A DNA stretch of 64,000 nucleotides, from the IMG/VR virus record IMGVR_UViG_3300034198_004780, positions 1 to 64,000 of that record; one strand, 5' to 3'. The number at the start of each line of letters is the position of its first letter. Position 1 is the first letter of the stretch. The notes beneath the pieces were generated by a model. The model was not told the origin of the DNA. It worked only from the letters and a program-made list of their open reading frames with translations, and searched no databases. A program made the translations under genes and the position numbers. This document shows, piece after piece, positions 33,601-40,615 of the stretch. Source of the DNA: a virus.

Positions 33601-35232
33601 TCTGCAGCCAGTGCGGTCTATACATCAGTGGTAAAATTTGCCGATGTAGGCAGTGTTTATGTTACAGTAAATGGGATCTCAACAACTAATTATACATTAA
33701 GTAGCTACCGTCGTCGTGCAAGATTAACAATTAACGAGCCAGGAACTATTCAGGCGTATTTGTTTAATGGAGTAGAAAAATCGTTCAGTGAAGTAACGGA
33801 TCAAATAATAGTAACAACGTCGACAACTTCTACATTTGTCCTAAGTCAACCTCCAGGTAAAGTAGAACCATTTCATAGTCAAGTAATTGTAACTAAAAAT
33901 GGATTAAGATTGCAACCTCCAGTTACTACCTATTATAAAGTTTCTAATTCTCAATCAGTTTATGATATAAGTCAGTCTATTGTATATCCTGCAGGTTTGA
34001 TCGATTTACAGCGAATTGAAGTTTATGTTAACGGCGCAAAAATACCAGTTGGACAAGATTGGAATCTTGATCAAGGTGCGGGCCAGATTATTTTTAATAA
34101 TAGTGTTATTTTTGATAATGACGTAATAGCAATCGTAGTTAAGCAAGAAAACGATTATCTAATCGAAAATAACAAATTAATTTTAATCAACGCTGTACCA
34201 ACCGGAACCAAGATAGAAATCACTACATTTACCAATCACGATCCTAATTTTATAAGAACAGAAACATTCAAAGGAGCAGTCAGCAACCAATACACAATGC
34301 AACGTCCTATATTAGATTCTGCGTATGTATGGGCATCCTATAATGGAGAACCATTAATTGTCAATCTAGACTACACTATTGATATTGATAATCGAACTGT
34401 TGTTTTAAGAAATGGCCTGTATCAAGGTCCAGATGATATTGCGGTAATAACAAGTTTTGCAGATATATCGGCAAAAGAACTAATTGCCTATAGAATCTTT
34501 AAAGACATGCTAGGCCGCACTCATTACAAACGATTAAGCGCACAAAATTCTACAGAGTTGGTTCAAGATTTAACAATGACTGCAACATCAATTACGGTTC
34601 AAGACAGCAGCGTTTTAACTAAACCTGATCCATTACATAATCTTCCAGGCATAGTGTTGATTGACGGTGAAAGAATAGAATTCTTTACAATTGTAGGCAA
34701 CACATTAGGACAACTTCGCAGAAGCACATTAGGTACAGCACCTAAGAATATTTACACAGCAGGAACTCCTGTAATTGATCAAGGAACGCATCAAACAGTG
34801 CCGTTCAAAGAAACTGTGGTTAAATACACCACTGCTACAACTACTGTAACAAATGCGTATTCGTTGTTGGATTCGATTAAATTTGATCCTAGTGTAGCAT
34901 ATAGTGATCAAGTAGAAGTCCGCTATCAGGGTCGTCCGTTGTTAAAACCTGGCCTTAATACAACCGAACATCAAATTGAATTGGGCTACGACTCTACATC
35001 AACGACTACAGTTGATGTTCCTGTTCCTTATGGATTTACAATTTCATCAACAAGCAGCGTATTAACACTCAACTTTACTCCGGTTGAAGGGGCACGATTA
35101 GAGGTTATAAAACGCACATCTAGGTCTTGGTATAATGTCCCACAGACATTATTAGAAAATACCACAGATCAAGCTAAATTTTTACTAGAAAGGCCGGCCA
35201 CGTTGCCAGATAAATATCGTTATGGACAATAA
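21652..35232 (+). CDS. Giant baseplate wedge/structural protein (gp7-like, 4526 aa)
   Basis: Follows gp6. LLPGYIRT..N.KFL N-terminus, KPYHT motif, FG-GAP-like propeller repeats, G.GY...P.V.I repeats, IDGERI. Confidence 0.7.
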   Translation: MAGKDISNPVDVNNPSSTRRSSDLLPGYIRTDRNSKFLASTLDQFIQPPQLERIDGFVGSKLSLNYKPSNDQYIAGTTKLRTDYQLEPSLIINDDKQQVNYALGYDDLINQLAFNNADVSNLNRLFKSKSYSYDPMINWDKFVNFRQYYWLPTGPDTIEITGRQKSTVSTYTVSDSPVDGSLIFTPDGTSNNPLLTLYRGMTYVFNVNSAHPFYIKTAYSQGPQDLYSGVTNNGTRNGQLILTVDEFTPNTLFYFADGNLAGIGQFVIKTITENTTIDIENDVLGKQTYTSETGVTFSNGMKVRFVGTVTPTEYLDKEFIVEGVGSKIVLVDYASLQPVGVETTNLDPNFDATPFDLYPFDNFSFIPLTPEYVTINRAAPDKNPWARFNCWVHADVIAATAKANGVQGEYPTKLRAQRPIIEFAAGLQLYNYGSKSKKTVNLIDNITTNAFKIVEGASGFYVDGVLLEAGHRVIFNADTDLLVRGKIYEVKISIVNNKQLINLEEVLDSEPSVYDAVMTSQGVQYAGVAWWFNGSTWTYAQQKTSLNQAPLFDLYDSKGNRYADQTVYRSSFAGSRLFGYTVGTGVVDPVLGFSLDYRNVSNVGEYLFSNYFMTDTFTNFNNNTIEVLNVADGFFKVNLPTEEVYRTVWVKTIDHPIPILQFQVLDADSEYVEITSIDSPGYAKDLEVELFVNDIKQIRNVEYIITASDRRLFAVATDKFSSNDRVLIKLYTASVPTANGYYEPPINLTNNPLNGSVKNFTFTELSDHVKTIADFNDQFAGTFPGAGNLRDLGDVSAYGSRLVTHDNPMSFAHYFLGTQENNIVNAVRKVSNDYNLFKANLIKQITELRGLYTPSQSLDIALTALNRNKEESASYGYSDMLAYGKNYSTRTFTVTDARNVQYSLASIFDTTVLSERSVLVYLENVLLVAGYDYIVSQYEPNIVIKKELAVGDKIVILDYPNTVGSYVPPTPTKLGLYPKFKPAIYIDDTYASAPQRVIQGHDGSITVAFTSMEEFAAGQIDYRDAVILEYETRVFNNLKVKYNPDLLDISTVLPGAFRDNSYSQTEVTDLVTADFLRWAGSFGVDYQTNNTLDELNSFTFNYTGSVDTLRKNSLTGYWRSIYKYFYDTDRPHTHPWEMLGFSEEPVWWTNVYGPAPYTSGNLVLWDDLEAGRIVQGDRAGINIAYARPGLSKIIPVNESGVLLSPTDSGLAATPIVNPNDPRRLVVLRSDQIANRWAVGDQGPAETAWRRSSYWPFACQVLMALAYPATYAAQLFDTSRIKKNIAGQYKYGDTKTFLNPSKVLIYRDVIDSQRVLASGYSVFVIEAGISKNINYLNSLKVDLTNLDYRLMVKLGGFASKEKLQVGIDAVDPTSPYPGALIPSEDYNIFFNKSNPIESLEISGLIIQKTGLGYSIRGYDKYKPYFTILKPFASNLDQIERVGGRSESYVTWSQNTTYNIGQIVFYTDRYYRVTQRHNSDVSFNLSYYQSLPYLPTVGGVGVSRRTAFDTSETVVPYGVEYKTIQEVYDLIVGYGQWLESKGFIFEEFNSTLEQILDWKFTAKEFLYWTTQNWDVNSIITLSPFANKLTLRSDQGVVENIMNEFYEYSLLKADGNMFSKNNFTLVRLDGEFSITTMNTQDGMFFARLNLVQKEHAVVMNNFTLFKDVVYAVETGYRQRRVKLKGFRTANWNGDFFSPGFVFDQAVVSDWQKFVDYGIGSVIRFSGKYYSAIKSIIGSSAFDITQWAPLNEKPEAQLLPNFDYKINQFEDFYSLDIDNFDVGQQSMAQHLIGYTPRPYLNYIISDPTAQYKFYQGFIRDKGSKKSLTNLSKASFNNFRSSIDFNEEWAFRIGYYGGYNTYQELETSLESTGFIENPQILQFVENKPVGKSDTVYYKDEADAIIKPENFNINLIFPTIETTLAENNFKLPVAGYVRFDDVTSTAYNKNSILDIANNSLLKVGTTIWLGFREDGEWDVLRLTEVPTIITAVAINVVGESLTISTYYPHQQSVGDLISITRIARDIDRCYVIDEVLGPNQFVVRSTIKSMPPLPNTIRGLMFSFDSSRLRTFDDLSDIKFLDRWALGEKVWVDDDGTGKWVVYKKSNNYQATVYSSIIPKSGQHYASTIVTDDKIVDGRTVTVVVASAPDFQEINLDGDDLRGRVFISVKDSFGEIQSFNNYNLNEDVTYYSTATSSLTNFGQSLAFNATANLVVAGAPATSNVKTAQSSNGFIVNTDSEAIEPFAKQGVVKLSVLNAGYREIDSARVVITTPIPQTGAEFGTSIALSSTSTTNFKLLVGAPGQTVNNVSSAGAVYIYNVVVSTATIAVTTSTQSALLQDSTNPLIANSEFGTSISGNASLTRVAVSAPGYFSNSTTSTGAVFVYDFATTSTPTIITGEDAAIKFGSGDQFGPKVTMTKDGEYLIVASYNALDPDLGIRSGVVDIFKWNSVAKKFKHHQRIGAPISAVNSTFVYGYDISISESGDTLVISSVGNSRTPPPTFDKYTERYSTSTILAKNFESIYVNNLTSDERNSPTTFDSGATTFSSNVINAGTVHVYNRLGTGATKWAHAQSLYSSDIVSNSMFGRSVFATNNSVYVGAPAKLLNGNDGANLGIGQLFSFDKIDNSINSWALYRNQAPSVDLEPITRAITIDSNSEQIQYYIDIIDPIKGKVLGTAAEELRYVTSYDPAIYSLGILGVNVNSNTNWLDEHVGELWWDLSSVKYVWYEQGELEYRKNNWNNIFPGSSIDVYEWVRSEYLPAEWSQLADTADGLTQGVSGQPKFVDNSVISVKQVYNSVSNAFTNVYYYWVKNKVTVPTKVANRNRSAFDIANQIADPLSSGLQFLAVISPTSVMLANIKSVIASEQINLNISFDLINDSANRHTEWLLLEENNANSKPNWLLEKKLIDSLLGHDSLGNPVPDPTLPNKLQYGIEVRPRQSLFVNRREALRNIIEFVNDILSKQLITGQINFANLNAVDDLPNASTYDSIVEDIFTLELISTKSLITAELQPVIDSNGKITNVTIVNAGYGYLTTPTVSINGTGFGAEISLTINSFGSITEVNIINAGTNYTADTEFVVRPYTTVVQTDSNSANKWAVYEWSANKSEWIKIRTQDFNTTLFWKYIDWSATDYDPLKEIISTVSSVYALEALQVLSEGSYVKVLNGGDGRYLILKKTNGAGGSFEPDWDVVYSEKGTIKFLETIWNLSGTLYAWDEIVGFDQTQYDQAPDKEIEFILTALKDDIFISDRKVYWNQLFFKAVRYAMSEQKFLDWAFKTTFISVVNNSGSLDQVATYKLENVKYYEDFLKEIKPYHTKIRKFTEQYTTTELTNTFSTDFDLPSYYNTSTLNFNKVEFGNNLLLQYPWKAWYDNYAYGVSTIELYDSGVGYTETPIVNIVAAAGDTGHSATAVAFISLGRISRIIVTNPGKGYTATPTISINGGGSTVLTPARAYAQLGGSPVRSNSITMKFDRTTGNREIGEQYYTDTFVAQGENLLFNLTWVPVPNKELIVITRNGILQLDDSYTILYSTAKYNPQPNTEYTKQSATLRLEFIPTTGDVIKITYPKSLNLYNAASRIEDYYQPGPGMPGKDLSQLMTGLEYSGLIVDGLPFNFAGGWDAMPYASTGWDNYALENGYTSFVTTQTSTQTFVLPTLITTGTEVNVYVKSMGDSKINGQRIDSTSTTSLVQTLIGLGTGAVDKIEVLIPGIGYSNTYTTFSISAPNTVGGTNAAATMVINSGSVTSFVITNPGSGYTEPPTVTIVESINPNNSTSTITLPAIARAVLKAEFTAVGSTATTSTVTIPDAAFTTTSTLVMFRYADSDGTVLPTDQDSLDAVVSGGNLAYTTALGLSPSEIILDGGSQATRSITGMMDDGFLNSINSHAPEECVPGQIQEAVGISVYTQPSSAAPIITNRKYWADGTTLTYKLGVKPANADSVIAIFNNQLVPSNDYTIDYVNNTFTFNSNTVGTGWLSLTSMQLGTLTLLGTFNTSTSAASAVYTSVVKFADVGSVYVTVNGISTTNYTLSSYRRRARLTINEPGTIQAYLFNGVEKSFSEVTDQIIVTTSTTSTFVLSQPPGKVEPFHSQVIVTKNGLRLQPPVTTYYKVSNSQSVYDISQSIVYPAGLIDLQRIEVYVNGAKIPVGQDWNLDQGAGQIIFNNSVIFDNDVIAIVVKQENDYLIENNKLILINAVPTGTKIEITTFTNHDPNFIRTETFKGAVSNQYTMQRPILDSAYVWASYNGEPLIVNLDYTIDIDNRTVVLRNGLYQGPDDIAVITSFADISAKELIAYRIFKDMLGRTHYKRLSAQNSTELVQDLTMTATSITVQDSSVLTKPDPLHNLPGIVLIDGERIEFFTIVGNTLGQLRRSTLGTAPKNIYTAGTPVIDQGTHQTVPFKETVVKYTTATTTVTNAYSLLDSIKFDPSVAYSDQVEVRYQGRPLLKPGLNTTEHQIELGYDSTSTTTVDVPVPYGFTISSTSSVLTLNFTPVEGARLEVIKRTSRSWYNVPQTLLENTTDQAKFLLERPATLPDKYRYGQ

Positions 35233-35875
35233 TAAAAAAACACAAGAAATCCCAGTAGTGGTGGATACTCAACCAAACGAGCAGAGTTCTCTACATGTTC
35301 GTGGGCATATTAAGATTTTTGACCCCGAGACTAAAGAAGTCTTCATTGATAAGCCAAACGCTATTCACTACGAAAATTTTAGCATTGGATTAGCACAGGC
35401 TATGAGCAATCAGGGCAAAGGCTTTATTGCTGAAATGTGCTTTGGCAACGGCGGAAGTCGAATTGACCCAACGGGTATTATAACATATCTTACTCCCAAC
35501 GCAGTAGGATTAAATGCTGGACTTTATAATCAACGATACGTTAAAAATATTGATTCGTCTAATGTACAAAATTTAGATCCGGCTAGAAATTTTATGGAAG
35601 TTCGTCATATCACTGGAACAGCATATACTGATATTCTAGTAAGTTGCTTATTAGACTTTGGTGAGCCATCGGGGCAGCAAGCCTTTGACAACAGTACTAG
35701 CGTTAATGGCGACTTTGTGTTTGACGAATTGGGACTACGAAGTTATAGTCCAGAAGGTCCAGGAGAAGGCATGCTGCTAACTCACGTTATTTTCCACCCT
35801 GTACAAAAGTCATTAAATCGTTTACTACAAATAGATTACACAGTTAGAATTCAAAGTCTAACCAACGGGGCATAA
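35222..35875 (+). CDS. Virion structural (baseplate) protein
   Basis: GHIKI.D...NAIH, FDELGL, HPVQKS.NR...IDYTVRI. In the late operon with TAAATA just upstream. Confidence 0.55.
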   Translation: MDNNKKTQEIPVVVDTQPNEQSSLHVRGHIKIFDPETKEVFIDKPNAIHYENFSIGLAQAMSNQGKGFIAEMCFGNGGSRIDPTGIITYLTPNAVGLNAGLYNQRYVKNIDSSNVQNLDPARNFMEVRHITGTAYTDILVSCLLDFGEPSGQQAFDNSTSVNGDFVFDELGLRSYSPEGPGEGMLLTHVIFHPVQKSLNRLLQIDYTVRIQSLTNGA

Positions 35876-35878
35876 TAA

Positions 35879-37042
35879 ATGAGCTATACCATATACTACT
35901 CAGATCCATCAAAAGTCAATTTTCCTATCATTGTTCAAGATGATGTAAAATACAATAGTGTTGGTTCTGGCGGATTAACTTTAGTAGGTAGAAGTTATCC
36001 AGGATATGGCCAATCTCTTGCAGAAAATTTTGTTCACCTACTAGAAAATTTTGCTAGTCCGGTACCTCCTTCTAATCCTATTGAAGGTCAGTTATGGTAT
36101 GATTCTAATACCAGTAAGTTGAGATTAAACGATGGGTCAGCTACAGTTGCTAGATGGAAACCAGTTAATGGTATATTTCAGCAAGCAAATGAACCAGACA
36201 ACGCTATTGCCGGCGATGTTTGGGTTGACACTAATACACAAAAATTAAGTATCTATAATGGCAACACAAACTTGTTTGTTCCAGTATCAACCGGCTATTC
36301 CGAAGACACCGACACTGGGAGCAGTTTTGAAACAATAACAGATACGTTAGGTAGTTTTCATCAAGTAGTTGTAAACAAGATAGACGGTACAATAATTTCA
36401 GTTGTTGCTGGTGAGGATTTTAATCCAAACCCACAGTTTGACGGCTTTACTAATTTACGTGCTGGAGTTAATATTGCTAATACTCGAGTATTCAACGGAA
36501 CCGCGGTACGGTCTAATGCCTTAATCCAGAATAATATTGCAATTAACGGCAACAACTTCTTAAGAAAAGATACAAGCCAGGGCATAAACGGGCAGTTTAG
36601 TATTCTTCAAGACGGATCTGCATTAAAAATTGGATCAGATTCTAGTTTTATTATTGAAAGAGAATCTGAATATAAAGCTAATTTCATTAATACGTATCCC
36701 GATGATGGACAATTTAATTTTAAAGTTACAAATAATGAACTACAAACAACCGTATTAGAAATCAACGGAGCTACGGTATCACAAGGCATTAAGGTTCGTT
36801 CAACCACGGCGGCAACATCGACACTGACGGGTGCGTTACAAGTAGTAGGTGGTGTAGGAATTGGCGGCAACTTATTCGTTGGAGGCTGGACAGTACTGAA
36901 GTCAACGACTACTTCAGCAGTTAATTCTTTTATAGGAACTCCAACCGGAGCAACAGTTTACTTTACTAATTTGACCCCTAAAAAGATTGGAGTTTATAGC
37001 GGAACTGCTTGGACAGACGCTATTGGAAATGTTTTAATTTAA
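35879..37042 (+). CDS. Tail fibre/baseplate attachment protein, paralog 1
   Basis: Shared N-terminal module L.LVG..Y..YG...ENF..LLENFA...P..P..GQLW.D; GALQVVGGVGIGGNL. Confidence 0.7.
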   Translation: MSYTIYYSDPSKVNFPIIVQDDVKYNSVGSGGLTLVGRSYPGYGQSLAENFVHLLENFASPVPPSNPIEGQLWYDSNTSKLRLNDGSATVARWKPVNGIFQQANEPDNAIAGDVWVDTNTQKLSIYNGNTNLFVPVSTGYSEDTDTGSSFETITDTLGSFHQVVVNKIDGTIISVVAGEDFNPNPQFDGFTNLRAGVNIANTRVFNGTAVRSNALIQNNIAINGNNFLRKDTSQGINGQFSILQDGSALKIGSDSSFIIERESEYKANFINTYPDDGQFNFKVTNNELQTTVLEINGATVSQGIKVRSTTAATSTLTGALQVVGGVGIGGNLFVGGWTVLKSTTTSAVNSFIGTPTGATVYFTNLTPKKIGVYSGTAWTDAIGNVLI

Positions 37043-37053
37043 TAGAGAAATAA

Positions 37054-38976
37054 ATGGCATATACACTAAAATTAACAGACGGTAAAATATTAACAACGCT
37101 ACCTGATCAACAATCGGATAATCTTACCACCAGCTTGACATTAATAGGTAAGAATGTAAATGCCTACGGTACTGACATTAATCAAAACTATATAAGACTG
37201 TTAGAAAATTTTGCTTTTACTTCTCAGCCGCGTAGTCCGTTAGAAGGACAACTATGGTTCAGTACGGTAGAACAGAGAATTAAAGTTTACACAAGATCTG
37301 GGCAATTTAAGCCAGTCGGTGGACCAATTATCTCAGCTACTCAACCTATTACAGTAGTCCCAGGAGACTTTTGGTTTGATTCTGATGCAAGACAACTAAA
37401 TCTTATAGATCAAAATAACGAACCAATTGTCATTGGACCGTCATACGATTCTAGCATAGGAAAATCAGGATGGGTAACCGAACAATTTACTGCAAGTGAT
37501 CTTTCAACTCAGACTGTTGTAAATTTATATGCTAACAATACCCTACTTGGCATATTAAGTGATAGAGCGTTTACTATGTCAAGTACGCTTACTAGCATAA
37601 CAAATGTGGGTGTTGGATTTAACGCAAATTATAATTCAACCGCTAAGACACAATTTTATGGAACAGCAACTAGCGCACTAACACTAACAGGCCGCTTTGG
37701 TACAATCCTGCCTGAGACAATTTTAGTTGATGCTCCGGGACTAACAATCACTAATGCGCTATCGATCAGTACCAATACACAATCATTATCAATTGGTAAA
37801 AATAAAGATTTTCAATTTTATGTACAAGGCGCCAATACCACAGCAACAATGCTGATCGGCGGACAGAATGAAGATTTTCAATTAAGAATCAATTCTGCAA
37901 ATAACGTCAATAAACCACCGGTGTTTAACGTCAACGGAAGCACCGCTAGGCTTGGTATTTTTAATACTAATCCAACTGTAGATGTAGATATAAACGGCAG
38001 CGTTAATATCAACGGAAATTTATCAGTATCGGGCTCGTCAACTTTTATTACTTCTAGTAATTTATTGATTTCTGATAAAACAGTTGAGCTAGCTTATTCT
38101 ACCGAAACCTACAGCAATGCACTGGCCGACGGCGGCGGCATAATATTACACGCCGGAGTTGACAAAACAATAACTTGGGGGTCAACATACGATGCCTGGA
38201 CATTCTCTACTCATGTTGATTTGCAAAATACGTCACTGGCATACAAGATTGGCGGAGTAGATGTTCTTACTCAAGGTACGTTAGCTGCATCTGTAACACA
38301 AGCTCCAGGATTAATACAGGTTGGCCCGTTAACTACAGCAACAATTGGCCAACTTAAATTTGATAATTCAACAATTGGCGCAACAGTATTCGGTACTGTA
38401 ATAACCGTAGGCGACAGCAATACTGCAAATATTAATTTTGCCGGTAAAAAATTATTTAATGCACTAGGACCATCTTCCAGCGATTCACGTAGTACCGTAG
38501 CAACAAAAGGATATGTTGATGATACAGCAGGAGTTGCGGCTAATCAAAAGCCAGTAGTAACTATTGACGTAACTGGAATAGCAGACAGTCCGGAAGATCC
38601 TCGATTAGATGCTTACGTAATTGACATGTTAACACGTCTGTTGCCACCGGGGGATGATGAGCCTGACCCAGCATTCCGTACTCCGAATGGTTCTAGAGCT
38701 CGAGTACTTGCAATTAGATATACAACTCCTGAACAATTAAATGTACCTAGTGAATTTATAGATTTAGGATTACGAGTATTAGTTGATAGCGGCGGCATTC
38801 AAAATTCTGCCAGTGTTGTTGGATATTCTACTGCTATTAGAGCATCTACAAACATACCAGGAACAAACTTAGGAATTAATAGATGCATTAAACAATATAT
38901 TGTATCTGGTGGAATTTGGGCTGGGCTGATTTATTCTGGCTCCTCTAACATTGTTTATACCGACGGCACTTGGTAA
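37054..38976 (+). CDS. Tail fibre protein, paralog 2
   Basis: Same N-terminal module; GIFNTNP..DVDING and VATKGYVD fibre motifs. Confidence 0.7.
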   Translation: MAYTLKLTDGKILTTLPDQQSDNLTTSLTLIGKNVNAYGTDINQNYIRLLENFAFTSQPRSPLEGQLWFSTVEQRIKVYTRSGQFKPVGGPIISATQPITVVPGDFWFDSDARQLNLIDQNNEPIVIGPSYDSSIGKSGWVTEQFTASDLSTQTVVNLYANNTLLGILSDRAFTMSSTLTSITNVGVGFNANYNSTAKTQFYGTATSALTLTGRFGTILPETILVDAPGLTITNALSISTNTQSLSIGKNKDFQFYVQGANTTATMLIGGQNEDFQLRINSANNVNKPPVFNVNGSTARLGIFNTNPTVDVDINGSVNINGNLSVSGSSTFITSSNLLISDKTVELAYSTETYSNALADGGGIILHAGVDKTITWGSTYDAWTFSTHVDLQNTSLAYKIGGVDVLTQGTLAASVTQAPGLIQVGPLTTATIGQLKFDNSTIGATVFGTVITVGDSNTANINFAGKKLFNALGPSSSDSRSTVATKGYVDDTAGVAANQKPVVTIDVTGIADSPEDPRLDAYVIDMLTRLLPPGDDEPDPAFRTPNGSRARVLAIRYTTPEQLNVPSEFIDLGLRVLVDSGGIQNSASVVGYSTAIRASTNIPGTNLGINRCIKQYIVSGGIWAGLIYSGSSNIVYTDGTW

Positions 38977-38986
38977 GGGAAAGATA

Positions 38987-40588
38987 ATGTCATATACTAT
39001 AAGCAAGACAAACGGCACAACATTGATAGTTTTAAACGACGGGTTGGTTGACAAAAATGCAACATCGTTGTCTTTAGTTGGAAAAAATGTCAGCAGTTTT
39101 GGGGATGCGCAAAATGAAAATTTTGTTCATCTATTAGAAAACTTTGCTGGCGAGTTACAACCAAGAAGTCCGTTACAAGGACAGTTATGGTTTGACTCCT
39201 CGGCCAATGTAGCTCGTCCTGCTGTGTTTGATGGTGTTAAATGGCGTCCTCTAGCAGTCAGTCTTTACAGCAACACGTCCACTAACGCTATTATAGACAG
39301 CAACGGAGCAGTATTTACAGCCAACCAGCCTGGCGATTTTTGGTTTGATAGTGTTAACAAACAACTACATGTAGTTTCAGGCACATCAAATGAAACAACA
39401 ATAATCGGTCCAGAAGCTGTAAAAGACTTCGGTACTACAAAATTAGCATCAGTTAAAATGATTGATACTGCTAATCAAGGCCATCCAGTAATTCAAATGG
39501 TACTTGACGGCGAAATAATTGGAATACTTAGTAATACTACTTTTAATTCTACAGCTACTGGATTTACTAAAGTTTTCCGCGGGCTAACATTTAAAAATTA
39601 TAGTTCAAGTACTCTTTATACAACAACAAGCTCGGACGTAGTTCTACACGGATTACACGAACAATTAGATCGATCTTTTACTAGACGTTCAATTAACGAA
39701 CATATTCAAGCAGACTGGTATATTGACAACAGCTATACATTAAACTTTGGCACAACGGGCCAGTCGTCAGTGACTTGGAGTACTGCAACTTCTAGATTAT
39801 TGCTTACTTCGTTGGGCAGTATTAGATTACAATCTGCAACCACTGCTGTTACATTTGACGGAAGTTCTGTCACTGCTTCTGCTAACACGGTTAATATAGG
39901 ATCAACTTCTACAAGATTTAACATAGTTTATGCTAACACAGTAGATGCAAATACTGTTACTGCAAATGTTTTTAACGGTGTTGCAATATTTGACAATGGA
40001 GCTCGCGTACTTACAACTGCAACTATTGGAGACTTTGGTACACAATTTATCAAAGGCACTGAAAATCAAATTACAGTTACTCCAAATACTGGTACAGTTA
40101 CACTTAGCTTGTCTAACATAGTTGATATTAAACGACTACGTGGAGGCAATGCAGGCAATGCGGGAACTATATCAGGTACTTGGACATTAGAAAGCGGATC
40201 AAGTTTACAAGCTACCTATGCTGACTTGGCCGAGTGTTATCAAGCTGATACAGAATACGAACCAGGTACTGTGTTAGAATTTGGCGGTGAGTTCGAAGTA
40301 ACAATAGCCGAGGATGGTACAAGAAGAGTCGCCGGAGTAGTGTCTACTGCGCCTGCATACTTAATGAATAGACAGTTAATGGGTGCAAATGTTGTTTCTG
40401 TAGCACTATCTGGACGAGTTCCTTGTAAGGTTCGTGGAAAAATATGCAAAGGAGACATGATGGTTTCTGCTGGTAGCGGGTATGCCCGGGCTGAATATTC
40501 ACCCATCATGGGCAGTGTTATAGGCAAGGCACTTGAAAACTTTGAAGGCGTTGAAGGCGTAATCGAAGTAGTAGTAGGACGTCTATAA
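38987..40588 (+). CDS. Tail fibre protein, paralog 3, with C-terminal peptidase G2-like chaperone domain
   Basis: Start ATG at 38987 (MSYTIS). C-terminal YADLAE.Y...PGTVL..GG...GVVST.P...VAL.GRVPCKV. Confidence 0.72.
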   Translation: MSYTISKTNGTTLIVLNDGLVDKNATSLSLVGKNVSSFGDAQNENFVHLLENFAGELQPRSPLQGQLWFDSSANVARPAVFDGVKWRPLAVSLYSNTSTNAIIDSNGAVFTANQPGDFWFDSVNKQLHVVSGTSNETTIIGPEAVKDFGTTKLASVKMIDTANQGHPVIQMVLDGEIIGILSNTTFNSTATGFTKVFRGLTFKNYSSSTLYTTTSSDVVLHGLHEQLDRSFTRRSINEHIQADWYIDNSYTLNFGTTGQSSVTWSTATSRLLLTSLGSIRLQSATTAVTFDGSSVTASANTVNIGSTSTRFNIVYANTVDANTVTANVFNGVAIFDNGARVLTTATIGDFGTQFIKGTENQITVTPNTGTVTLSLSNIVDIKRLRGGNAGNAGTISGTWTLESGSSLQATYADLAECYQADTEYEPGTVLEFGGEFEVTIAEDGTRRVAGVVSTAPAYLMNRQLMGANVVSVALSGRVPCKVRGKICKGDMMVSAGSGYARAEYSPIMGSVIGKALENFEGVEGVIEVVVGRL

Positions 40589-40615
40589 ATTTTACGATAA
40601 ATAGTTGAAAATAAT

